This document shows positions 28,001-40,700 of a stretch of DNA of 64,000 nt, piece after piece (positions within the stretch are counted from its first letter, which is position 1; the number at the start of each line of letters is the position of its first letter). The stretch comes from Sphaerodactylus townsendi (lineage: Eukaryota), in the NCBI RefSeq assembly GCF_021028975.2, contig NC_059436.1, forward strand, positions 35,340,001 to 35,404,000, read 5' to 3'. Both the position numbers and the translations under genes were made by a program. The notes below the pieces were generated by a model. It ran no database searches. It was given only the letters and a program-made list of their open reading frames with translations, and was not told the origin of the DNA.

Positions 28001-31000
28001 TCCAGAGGCTGAAGCCTGTGAGTCTCCTGCCTGATGCCCCTCCAGGCTGGCTCACTGACCTTCAGTTTCTCATATTTCTTGGAGTAGGCCTCCATGGCCT
28101 CTTTGATTTGCTCAGGCAGCTCCAGCTTCTCTTCCTTCAGCGGTGGCCAGAACTCACTGGATAAGATCACAGCAACAAGACTAAATGGGGGCCTTTCTTC
28201 TTCTGGAAGTTTCTGCTCCTCATCACGAATATTAGTGTTAATACGGCGAGAGTCTGCCATGTCCTAAGGAGAGAGAAAGAGCAAAACCGGACTGCTTCAT
28301 TGCCAGCCTACAGCGAGAACAAGAAAACAGTCAGTTTTGGGGCATTTCCAACTAGCCAGCTGGGCTTTGCCTTGGAGCGACAGTTCCACCCCTTTCTGTA
28401 AAGGGTGGTGGCAATTTTAAAAAATCAGCAACATACAGCTATTGCTCAGTTTCTGTGGTAGAAATTCAATATTTTTTTCTAAATCCAAAGTTACGGACAG
28501 CCCATAACAGACTAAACAATAACCTGATGAACACAGTCACATAAAAAAAGAAAGCTTACTAGCAGCTTTCCCCATCTCAGCTTTCCCCACAGGCACTCCG
28601 GATGGTGAATATCCCAGTTTCCAGGGAGAATTATTCTGTCCAGTCAAAAGACTAATTGCTTTTGAGTCTGAATCTCTTGAGTCTGAGTCTCAGGATTAAA
28701 TTTAAGCTTGGGTGGGGGGTAATGGTTTGAATTAGTCTTTTACCTGACCTTCCTACCTTATTTATATTTTTGCTCTTTCTAATTTACCTTCTGAAGAACA
28801 TAAGAAGAATCCTGAATTAGCATTTAATATTAATGATGGTTTAATCAACTTACTTTTAACATGACTTCGCAGTAATGCATTTGGGCTTCCCCAAAACGCA
28901 GCTTCAGCAGTTCTACATTCCGAATTTCTCTAAGGCAGAGAATAAAAAAAACAGAGATAAAGACCTGAGCATATAAGGAATCGGAGGTATCAGAAAGCAA
29001 ACAGCCAGAGGTTCTGGAGGGACTGTGAAGTCCAAAACAAGGACCATCCATCACAAGGTCCAACTGTAGCTCCAGTAGTGTTTTAGGGTCCAGGCAGATG
29101 GCATGAGTCTAAAAGGCACTGCCAGGAGTCCCACTCCCATGCTACTGGCAGCCAGGAAGATATGCTTTGGAAGCATTGCCAGCAGCAGTATTGGCTCCCT
29201 TCTTCAATTATGGAGCCTCAAGCAATTACTTGGGTGGTGAGAACCAGCTCTGAAACCACCTGCACGCAGTGCAGTCATCATCGTTGCAATGAAGGAAATC
29301 TGCCATCATGTACCAACAAATTTACACTAAGGGCCAGAGGCCCACTAGGTAGATTCTTTAATTGCTACCAGAACAAGCAAGACCTGTGGCCAATGTCAGG
29401 AACTGAAATGCCTTTCTCCTCCAAATGCAGATCCGATACAGCTTTAAGGCATGGTAAGGACAAAGTGAAATAATTCTTCTCACAAAGCGCAACATGTAGT
29501 GATGGCTACCAGCTTTCATGGCTGTAAAAGGGGATGAACTATGGAGGAGCTCTATTAACAAGAATATTGTGAACACCAGTGGGAGGAAGCGAGGGAATCA
29601 GGAGAAAATGGTTGCTGCCTTAATTCCCTGCTTGTAAACTTCCTGGAGATATCTGGCTAGCCAGTAAAGAAACAGGATGCTGGACAAGATGGACCTTTGG
29701 TCTGATCCCACTGGGAGAATCTTATGTTGTTAGCCAGGACAGCCAACAAAACTCCATGTTCAAATGCAAAATACCCGAGCACAGAATACTGAAAAAAGGT
29801 AAGGGGATGAGATTGCCCTTCATGTTTTGCTCACGACCATCCATAGATATCTGGCTGGCCACTGTAGGAAGCAAAAAGCTGGCCCAGATGGATCTTCATT
29901 CTAATCCAACATATAAACTCTAATATTCTCATGGTGAGGTGCTGGGCTGTGGGGTATTCGCTGGCTGGGTGCCAGGCCTTCAATCCACCCACCCCTGCAG
30001 TTTTTGCTATAACTTCTAGGGCCAAGGAAGGGCAGAGTTTTACAGTTCAGGCAGCAGGGCCTCACCTCTCTGCACTGTAATTGAACTGGTGTAGCAGTCG
30101 GTCAGCCAGGAGCGTGCGATACTCGTTGATGAACAGGTCCTTGCTGCCATAGATGCTCACCAGCAGACTGATGATATCTGAGGAGCGGCGCTTCGAATTT
30201 GATTTCCCTGGTAGGACATGGAGACAGTGAACACCCAAAGAAAGGCACGAGGATCCAACACAACAAGACAGTGACGGAAACCATCAAATTTCTAGGAAAG
30301 CAAACTTCTTATCCTGTGCCAATGCTGAGGAAAGGTAAAACTCCTGCAAACTAAGCTTTGAAAATCTATTGTGTTTCATAATTTATACAGTCCTGGAAGC
30401 CACAAGGAGTGACCAAGACGTCTGCAGAACATTAAACCCAGGATCACTAGCAGAGGTGCCTTAGATGCTGTCAGTATGTTTTAAAACTTTATTTGGTGCA
30501 GAATTCAATATTTTAAACAGCTATTTTAACTGATTTAAATATATTTTGAGGAATTTTTTTAAGTTCCTAGTTCTCATGTGGTGAAGATTTCTTTATCACA
30601 TAAATAAACAAACCTATCTAGCACAATATTATCTTGCACTTCCATGAAGGCATTTAGAATAGAATACATGGCTATCCCTCATTTTCATAAGGACTAGAAC
30701 TTCAGTACAAAAATTAAAACTGAGATTTCCCAATATTTGTTAAACATCTAAGATGCTGAACTGTGAGCCAGATAGCTAACTGTACATTTGCTAAAGAACG
30801 CAACATACAATAACAAGGCTGTTGTGATGTTTGGTGTTTTTTTTTAACAAACTGTTTGGGGCATGGCATTTGTCATAAAACATTTTGGAAGACAAATACA
30901 GGTCTCACCAACCTACTTACTTCTTGGAAATAAATTAAGTAGTCTGGTTAATAAACAAAATGCTCTTTTGAGGCAATTTATCTGGGTTGAAAAATCTCTG

Positions 31001-34000
31001 TGAAACTGTCATGGAATGATGCCATCGCTAGAGCAAAGGGAAATCACACATGACTGTGAAAAGCATCTTTGCTTTTTGATCTCCTGGATGGAGAACAGGA
31101 AGCTATGCAAAGGTGCCAGAATGCAACTTCAGAGGCCTAAATTACCTCGTGGCCAGAACACAGTTTTCCTGAGAAGGTGAAAACAAAGGATTTTAGATTC
31201 CATCTCGAGACGTGGTCAGAGAAGCATCTCTGGGCCATGGGTTCCCGAAATGGGGACAAAAGAATCCAAAAGGGATGTGTCTAGCTGAGAGATCTCTGTA
31301 ACCAAAGTTTGTTGTGACAGAAACTTTGCAACAAGCTCAGCAATTAGAACAGAAAGATCAATTCCAGCTTTCTGTTCAGAAAGAAAAAGGGGACCAAGGG
31401 AAACCAAACTAAACAGAGGTCAGGGTGACTACAGTTGTTATTTGTTAACCTGGGTCAGCGTCAACGGGATCAGGCACCCAGTCTTCTGGCTGAGAGACAT
31501 CATCATCGCTCTCTTGGCCATTCTCCAATGTCACTGGATCAGCTTTGGAGAGCTCATTTGCTAAGTCACCAGATCCTTCAGCATCGCCTGTTAGACCAGC
31601 CACAATCTGCCGCACTGTATCCTCTCTGGTTCTGTCAAGGGAAAGCAAGGGCTATGGTACAAGCCTATATAAGTGTTTCTGCCACCACTATGCCAGTACC
31701 TACACCCACCTGCTGTATTCCCCACAAGAACTGTGGCAATCATTGTATGGGAACTGAGCTGTGGATCTCTAACAACCCTCAGCGTCCCCAAAATGCTACA
31801 ACTCCCAACACTCCTTGAGGAGAAGACAAGCCTATGTTTTAAATGGTTCCTGCTCACCTCAAGTACTTCCTGATGGGCTCACAGGCCACCTCCAAGATGA
31901 CCATGGAAGGATCCAACTCTCGCAGAGCTTTGATGGCTGAGATGTACAGGGTAATGATATCTGATGTGTTCACCCCTAAAATAAACATATAAGGAGATGC
32001 AGAAAGTCTAGCTTCTGCTCCCCTTTGGCAAATCCAAATGCCAAGAATCTCACTGTTCTTTGGGTTGGTGTAGCCCTGTATATTCCATCACCCTCCCCAC
32101 CCCCAAAAAAGTAGAAAGGGTAGTCTTGGTCCCTTTTGCTACAGAAAAGTGCAGGGAGAAAGCCTTGCACAGCCCATATCACACTTCATCCAGTAGACTA
32201 AATTTAGTTAGATATATACACTTAGGAAACTCAGCTGGACCCCCTGGGGAAATCTATATTGGGAGAAGTGGGGTGTCTTTGCCTATCACCAGTTGAACTT
32301 GAACTTTCTTTGCCGTCTTTCCTACTTACACATTTCCCTGTGAGCCTGGCTAAAGTTATTGCCATTCAACAAAAGAGAGATGTTACAGTAATTGTAGCTT
32401 AGGGGCAGAGATTTGCTCCAGAGACCGCCATAGAAGGTGGGCTCTGAAGTCACGTTTCCAGATCCACGTCCAAAGTTCTCTTCAGTGCCACCCTGCTGAC
32501 TCCTGCCTGACATCTTAATGAACTACTACCAAGAGAGAGAACAGAACTAGTCTCAAATTAGGCCAGGAGGCAACTTTCAGTAGCAGCTGGAAAAAGAGGG
32601 ATGCAAGCCACTGGTCAGCATTTGGTAGATGCTTGTACTGTGTTCTATGTACCCCTATTTCCCCATGTATATACATATGAGCGTGTGTCTGTTTCCAGCA
32701 GCCAGGCAGATGCTTTTGAGCATGAAGCCAACACCCTTCCCTGTTGCTTTTCTCCAGAATCTGGTATTCAGAGGTAGACCCTCCATGAATGTACCTATCA
32801 TACCTACTAGAATGTAGCTATCATACCCATTTAGCTATCATACCTACTAATTAGTTCTAGATCTACCCTTCTCTATATATCTGTAGGATTTAAATCCATT
32901 TAAGCCTGTGGCTAACAATATAACCTACAGAATCAAATGTCATAAATTAACTATCTCCCCTGTGTCTGCTCAGACTCTACGGTCCATGAGTTTCCGTGGG
33001 TCATTTCAGTTCCAGTATGGTGAGAAAAGGGAGAACACATGATGAGGCTAAGCTAGTCTGGGTCTGGTCAGCACTAGGACAGGAGACCCGCCTTCCCCTG
33101 GAACATTGTGTATTCTGTTCTGATGAGTTCCATGATGAAGGAAAGGCAAGTTGTAAACAAAAACACCTTGTGCCTCTATCTCCATGTGATCCATAATTTT
33201 GTAAATCTCTATCATGTTCCCCACCCCCAGACTGCAACTTCAGGAGAGGCACAGGGTTAAAAAATACCCACCAGGATGAAGAAGCCGCATTTCTAAGGCA
33301 CTCTTCAGGGAGCTCAGAAGCTGCTGACGTTGATTGGTCCTTTCTAGGCAGTACTTCAGATCATCTACCGCTGGCTTCGACTCTGGGAAATCTGCAGAAC
33401 AAAACCGGTGGGAATAGGAAGCATGATGCATTCAATAGCATATGACAGAATTGCAGGAGAAGTTACCATTCATTGTCAAGAGGAAAACAATCATGAAGAG
33501 AATTTATGCAGTTCAGAGGTCTCCAGCCTTTTTGAGCCTGTGGGCAGAGCTGGAATTCTGAGAAAGGAAAGTGAGCACAGCTACAGAATGGCTTTCGCAG
33601 GAGGCCTGAAGCGAGGTCAACATTCCAGGCAGAAGCTCTGCTTAAAATGAAGAGACTGTTTTAAAGTATTTTCGTATAAACAAAGTTCACTTTCAGTCAT
33701 ACAGTGATACGGTGACATGAGTTGCTGGAGCAACTTTTAGAACATCTACTCAGGCAATCCCGTCTCTAATGGACAATCAGAAGCCCTGCTGGGCACAAGC
33801 CTCATCTGGCCCCACCCAATTTCTAAAAACACTCGGCACGTGCCAGGAAAGGTGTTGGTGCGCACCATGGTACCCACTCAGCAACTTCCCAACTCAAAGG
33901 CTTAGCTTCTATGATACACTAACTTGAAGGGGAAGTGACTGGTGGGTAGATTTTGCTTGGAGGCTGAACGATAAGTATTCAGCATCAGGATCAACCACAC

Positions 34001-37000
34001 CAGCCTTTGAGTTGGAAACTTGCTGAGTGAGTTCCATGGTGCCCACCAACACTAGGTCAGTGTAGTGATCCTCAGACTTCCTATTTGCAGAGAACAATAT
34101 GAAACTGTCTTACAGCCCCATCCGGGGGAGTGGGGGCTGAATTTTCCATTGGAAGCAGAAATGCCCTCCCTGGTGCACTAACCCCAGTGGAGGTGTGAAA
34201 CAGCTGGTGGGCAGCTGCTGCTGGCCTCTCCCAGCACTGGGATGTGGCACAGGTTGCAGCACCAGCATCCCGCCACCCCTGCAGGGGAGGCAGTCTGGCA
34301 GGGAAGCCGGACTTATGTGACCCTTTGGGATTGCGTAAGTTCATCCAGCCCCATAGAGGCTTCTCTGCAGCAAGGAGGCTGTTTGGTTTTCCAAGCCTCC
34401 TCACACTGCTGGGAAACTTCTTTGGGAGTGGCAAGGTGGTGTGGTTCAGCACCGCCACCACCTGCCTTGACACTTGGATGGGGTTGCCCCGAAGTAGAAG
34501 GTTTCAGGTCGACAAACATCTTTCACAACACTTGCTACTTGAAATATTTAACTCAAGGATCGTGGGGATTGAACCAGAAGTCTTCGATTACAAAACAGCT
34601 GCTCTACCACTGAGCTACACAGTCAAAGTTTACTAACTGAGGTGAAGCTGCCTTTCAGGAAACATGGGTAGGCCATTACCAATTTTTTAATTAAGCAAGC
34701 TCTGATAAACTAGTTTTGCACAGAGATTGAAATTCCAGGGACAAAACCCCACTGTGCAGTAAAATTCATAGTTGACATTGGAAGAGCCATGTTCTCTTGG
34801 TGTAATCTACCCCACAGATTTTAATGCAATATAAAATAGGAAAGGAACAATGTCCATCACGCTAAGTTCCTTGAAAAAAGAGCAGGAAAAAATTGGAGAT
34901 AGTTATAACCTCCAGTGAACCCTACTGGGAGTTCCCTAGCTCACACTTTGAAAGATGCTGAAGTTAATCCTTTGGCTAGTTTTATAGCTGGAATCACCTG
35001 CCCTGCAAGCATCTAGTCTGGATACACCTGCCTCTGCCTGCACTCTGTAATAGTCTGGAGTCTGTGACACCCTGCGGAACTGTATACACAGTTCTAGACC
35101 AATCCAGGATTGATAGGCCCCACTTATGTAGAGTAAAGGGAACCTTCAAAATGACATCTCTACATCCTTGTGAAAAGGGGGAGGAGGGAGAAACAACTTG
35201 TAAGGCTAGAGCATTCCTGCCTTTACCTCGGATGATGCTGAACAGTTCTTCAATGCGCATGCTAGCATATAGGCGGTAGAAGAATCTCTGGACATGGCAC
35301 CGCCAGCGCTTCAGAGTGCTGTTGGCTTCAGGGTTGGGATGGGTTGCCACCCCTCCTTGCAGAAACACTCTGCTAAGCCAGCCAAGAACCTTCTCAATCC
35401 ACTGCATTACAAGGAGGACAGGAGAGAGAGAGAGAATCATCATCAGACTCTACAGGGCTATTACCTGATCCTTTTAACTGGAGATATTTGGGTTAGGACC
35501 TGGGACCAAGCAGAGATGATCTATCACAGACGCATAGCCCCTCTCACTATACCAAAAAGGTCCAAAGCAGCAGTATTTTCAACAGAAGCTTTTGTACTTC
35601 CTATACCAGCATGCTCTGTAAGGAACCATTTAATTTCAGATTCTAATTTTATATGAATACCTAATATTGAAACATGGGAGTGCTCTGGCACATAGAAATT
35701 AAACAACTAGATCGGATGCATGAGCCTTCAAGACTGACTTGCAATTAAATTGTGTAGATTTAATTGCAAGTCGGTCTTGAAGGCTCATGCATCTGGTCTA
35801 GTTTAATTTCTATGTGCCAGAACACTCCCATGTTACAAGATTAGATATTCATATAAAATTAGACTCCTAAATTAAATGGTTCCCCAGGGGTGAATAACTC
35901 CCAGGAGACATCTGGTCAACCAGAAAGGTAAAGGAGGGGTTCAACTTTTTTCCAGCTCACAAAACTTCTGCTGCTTGCTAGCCTAAAGATGATCCTTGTA
36001 TGCCACATATGACGAGCTGCTAGCAAACTACTCACAATTTGCCCATTGTGTGAATCAAAGAGACAGAGGTGCAACTCTCATCTCTACACAGACTCTCAGT
36101 TCTGAGTTAATAAAATAGTCTTGCACCCTCAAGGGTTTAGGGGGGGTCTGCAAGGCTGACTTTTAAGACTATAAACCAACTAAGCAGAAATAATAGCAGG
36201 ACTGAGTGCTAGGGTAATTGATCCCAAAGTTTTGCTTTGGGCCAGTGGTTTTCAAATTCTGTTACAGTGAACCCAGGGGGTTCAAGAAGCTTATTAGTAT
36301 TTCCTCAGGTGAGAACAGTTTTCCTGAGGGTTGTTGAACTCTTCCTGCAACATGCAGTCTTGGAAAAGTGTTAAGTTGTGGTCCATGGTATAATCAGTTT
36401 ACAGTCACCAATGATGAGGCACAACAACTGGAACAGCATCCCATGAGAATCTAGCTTGAGCTCCTGAATCCTTTACACTGCATGGGGTTCCCAACTCAAC
36501 TTCATGCAGGAAGTTTAAACGCTGCCAGTGGAGGCACCACATTTCAAGGGAACACCCCATAGAAAGCAAAGATGAACATATAACCTTTGACAAGCCTGGG
36601 GCTTTCAATTTACATACAAAGCTGGCTTCGATCTAATTTTGAATACATACAAACAGCTAACTTATACCTAGTCATGTCACTGGTTCATGTAACTCAGGCC
36701 GTTTCCGCACGAATGCGGAAGCGGCCAGGTTAACGTCTTTGTGAACGGGTCCTTCCAGAAAGGAGCCGGGAGCGGTACGGCGCCGCATGAAGCGCCGTGG
36801 CCTCTAACCGGGACTCCGGCATGTCCTCCAGGCCTCCGGCGACATCGCGAGGAGCCTGGAAGGACCACGCCTCGACCCTGGCGCCTGCTCCAGCTGTCTC
36901 AGGGCAGGGGCGTCCCTGCGCCTCTTTCAGCTGACATCGCCGGAGGCCCGGGGACAAGAGTAAGTCTGCAGAAGTGCCGGGAAGGCAGCTGCCGCCAGCA

Positions 37001-40000
37001 CGGGCAGCGGCTTCCAGCCGGGCGTTTCCAGAAAGAGTGCGCGCTTCCCAGCGCACTCTGGAAAGCGCCGGAAATACTCGGCGCCGGCAACCAGGCAGCA
37101 CAAAGGGCAACGCACGGATACTGCAAGCAGCATAGCGATAAAGCGACTCAATGCGCGTAATGTATGGCTGACCATGGACAGCGTTTTTTTGCCATCCCCA
37201 GGCGCGCTTACGTATTCCATTCCCGATGCGGAAAGCTCGGCCTCAGTATCATCTGCTCCAACTTACAACAGCTTTCCAAGGTCACACAGCTTTTATGAAA
37301 GGTCTTTGTGCACACCTACAGTCGACATTTTAACTGGTGATGCCAGGGAGTCAACCTGGGACCTAATGCATGCAAAGGACATGCTCTGCCTCAAACTCAT
37401 GGCCCTACCGGTAGCTATTGCAACACTGCTCACCTCCTGGAACTCATTCAGAAAAGAGCGTTCATATTCCCCCCGGCATCTCCACTCCATCCGCTCCTCA
37501 ATCATCCTGTGCAGAATGTTGGTGACGGCATCAGCACTCACCCGCTCCAGCAGGTTGAGCCTGCGACTGAAGGGACAAATGGTAATTGATCACAAATCAG
37601 TATTTTAAAAAAATCCCTCTCAAATAATCTCTAGGTGGTCAGGATGAGGCAGTACTTAAAAGTAAAAACTGGAAAATGTATTCACAAATGTAGCTCCATT
37701 TAATGAGCATTTCATTTTACCATCATGAAGAAGTGTGCCCCATTACAATACTCTCTGACTCCTGTTACCCAGCTTGGAATATTACAGATGTGTTTGAGCA
37801 GATATGCATGCAAGTGCGGGAGGAATAGTGTTCTTTTGTTATTAACATCTACTGTTTTCTTTTTGATGACAAAAGTAACTGTAGCTGTGGGTTATATTTT
37901 CAATTACAGCAAACTATATAACAAAATAGCAGGAATTAAGCATTATCACCTGGACAAATTCCTCATCCCTATGGTTAATTCCTCATTCATCAGTCTTTCT
38001 ACCCTAATCAGCCTGCCCACGACCACCACCCAGATCTACCATGCCCACCTGCCCAAAAGTCTCCCGAACATTTAAAGGATACTGCCCTCCCCCCAACCCC
38101 ATAGCCTTTCTTCCTGGAACCCTCCTCCAGAACATTTATGTGATGTTACTTCTCCTATTTTAGATCCTCTCTTACAACCCACCTTTTCTATGAAACTTTT
38201 GGGACAACCTTAGTAGTCACCACAAACTGAAACAAAGCTCGAGTATGTGTAACAAGACTAAATGACCATTCTTCCCCTATTACCTTCTTCTAATGTTAAG
38301 TGTAGCTTCTCAGAGCAGGCTGTTTTTTTGTGGGGTTTTCTGCCCTCTGTGAGCACCCTGACAGGGCTATACAAATAACTGATAGTAAACTACATGGTAT
38401 TAGGCAAGTCAATTTTCCCCAGCGCCATTTTGCAATGTATGGATAATATTGCTGGCCTATTTTAAGAATTATGGCTTTAAGCCAATGGAAATGCTCTGAA
38501 TATGTTGAAGCTCTATAAAAAAGGCAACTATTGCTAAAAGGCTCCTTAATGAGTTCACAGCTGAGGTGATGTTTCAATGGGGGCTGTCCCAACTATTTTT
38601 TTTTGCTATTTAATTCAATTATACCCCACTTTTCTCCCCAATGGGGACATAAAGTGGCTGGCATCAGTCTCCTCTTTTCTCCATTTTTATTGTTATGACA
38701 ACCCTGCAAATTGAGAATGTGTGACTGGCCCAAGGTGATCCAGTGAACTGTCAAATACTTGCCCAAAGCTCTTAACCACTACACTGGCTCCCACAACATT
38801 ATATCCCTAATTTCTGTGTTCTGTGCAAGCAACTGACAGGTAACTGACTACTAGCCTAACTACTAGCCTTCAGCGTTAGTTTCATGTCCATTTTCAAGTC
38901 CTACAAATTACTCACAGGATGTCATTGAGCTGCTGAAACTGTTTCATGGCTGTCGGGCACCAACACTGGGCCCTCTTATAGTTGCAGCCTGCACACTGCA
39001 GGCCCCCTCCTCCGGGTTCACCATCCTCCACTTCACTCTCTTGCTCATTGTCACTCATGCTGTTTTCTCCCTCATTAGCCTTGTCTTCACTTCTCTTCCA
39101 CTGCCTCATGTAGATCTTGAAACTGCGGCTGTAAAACTGCTGTATCATCTCTTGGAAATTCTTTGTGGTGGAGAAGAAGAGGATGGCTCTGAACATGGTG
39201 TAGATTTTCTCCTGCAGCCCTTGAGAGCCAGTCCCAAGGAGCAAGCCTGCTTTGGTCCATTTCTCCAGAAGATCCATGCTGTGCAGATAAGGGTCCAGGC
39301 GGCACTTCAACAGGCAAAAGGCATCCAAGAGCAGCAGGGAGCACTGTGGTTCTTCAGCAGTGTTTTCATACTGTGCAATACAGTTCCAGAACTCTGGAGC
39401 AACGTTTGCTTGAAGGTCAGTTTGTAGAACTTCCAAAAACCATTCCTCCACAACTGAGTGCAAGTCATACCGCTGCAATACCTCTATGGCAACCTGCAAG
39501 TCAGAATCCTTTGGCAGGCTTGCCAAGCTGGATCGAGGCACTGCCTAAAAATAAAATACCCCATGAGATATTAAAAAGGTCTAAAAAAATAGCTTAACAG
39601 AAAGCAGGCTATGTGCCATTCTCAGGATGCCAAACAGCTGCAGTCTTCATATTTAACGGAAGACAACCAAGGCACATTCTGAGGTCATGATACACCACCA
39701 CAGCAAATGACGTCCAAAGCAGTTCTTCCCTACAGTCAGCCATGCCTCCAGACAAGAAAAATCGCCCATCTCAAAAGATGGTTTCTGGTGTGCCTCTTAG
39801 GGGACAAACTGCCTAATTATGTCATTTTATTATATACCTTCTATACAGGGGCTCCATTTTGCAGGAGCCCCTAATCTACGTCCCTTCTCCTTCACTACTA
39901 GCACTGCTGCCTGTTTTACTCACCAGCACTGAACAATGCTAATTATACCCCCCCACACACACACAACCAGGCCAGAAGTAACTTCTACTCCAAGTGCTTG

Positions 40001-40444
40001 GGAATTTGCATCCAATGACCCCACCACCACCTCCACCAGGCATCGTACCTTCTGGGTCAACAGATTCTTCCTAAGAAGTGGAACCAAAGAGGGGAAAGTA
40101 AATACTCCTCACCCATTATGCCCCCTATTATGCTGCCCAAAGCCACTCCCTGTTCATTCCTCCGAGGCCCCCTTCGTTCCTACCCCCCCCCAATCGGGTC
40201 ACCCCCAATTAACTCGCGGATCCCATACGTGCGTCCCCTTAGTCCTCCCTCGAACTGGCACCTGGAGCCCCGGTGCCCCCAATATGCTAACTGCAACCCG
40301 CCCTAACCCGACATGAGTTGCCGGCACTCCGCATACACACCACCCGCTTTCCTCATTCGTGCCCCGTTCTCCACCTACCAGACCGAGGGCAGCGGGCGGC
40401 ACTAGGCCGGTGCTAAGCGTGTGCCAGGCGACCGAGAGCTCCAT
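25041..40444 (-). CDS. ANAPC2: Anaphase-promoting complex subunit 2 (cullin-homology), 13 coding exons, 807 aa
   Basis: Exons 40379-40444, 38916-39544, 37434-37566, 35227-35401, 33272-33391, 31858-31975, 31450-31631, 30066-30207, 28854-28929, 28060-28263, 26789-26918, 25787-26022, 25041-25253. All GT-AG and phase-consistent, 2424 nt in total. Recognisable APC2 peptides include EELFSIIRDFPES, DWVPDPVDADP, ILSSEFWPP and the C-terminal winged helix FWTYIQAMLTNLESL. Confidence 0.97.
27619..27927 (+). mobile_element. tRNA-derived squamate (Sauria-type) SINE with (TTC)n tail
   Basis: A-box and B-box-like head, core gctgggtgaccttgggctagtcac and a (TTC)n tail. A closely similar copy lies at 49258-49562. 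Confidence 0.8.
35622..35883. repeat. Long imperfect inverted repeat (fold-back) in ANAPC2 intron 3
   Basis: Arms of about 128 bp (ggaaccatttaattt...cttgcaattaaat / atttaattgcaag...aaattaaatggttcc) around a 7-nt loop at 35751-35757. Confidence 0.9.
36697..37242. mobile_element. CpG-rich PIF/Harbinger-like non-autonomous element in ANAPC2 intron 3
   Basis: Termini GGCCGTTTCCGCA / TGCGGAAAGCTCGGCC with a 3-bp TSD TCA. GC/CpG content rises abruptly against AT-rich flanks. Confidence 0.75.
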
Positions 40445-40700
40445 GACAGGCCCAGCCAGACGCACAGCCGGGACCGTTGAAAAAAGGAGGAGGAGCAGCA
40501 AAGGGAGGGCCGAGGAACGGAAGGAAGGAAAGCAAACCGAGAGAGCGGGAAGGAGGGAGGCGGAGAGCAGCAGCCGCCACCGCCGCGGCTCGGGGGCCCG
40601 CGATGACCCACCAAGGGGCTGCTCTGCAGAGCTACAATAACGAGTTGGTCAAATGTGAGGAGAGGGAGCGGACTGGCGCGGTGGGGAGACTAGGCCTCAA
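40380..40700. promoter_or_regulatory. Compact bidirectional CpG-island promoter shared by ANAPC2 and SSNA1
   Basis: Divergent ATGs at 40444 (-) and 40603 (+) are separated by only 158 nt. The region is GC/CpG-rich with no TATA box and has purine-rich GGAA repeats (ETS/GABP-like) at about 40520-40550. Confidence 0.85.

Noticed and set aside
34540-34625. tRNA-like segments (also about 18925-18980 and 37330-37405)
   Set aside because: Degenerate SINE heads with A/B-box remnants and no complete cloverleaf.
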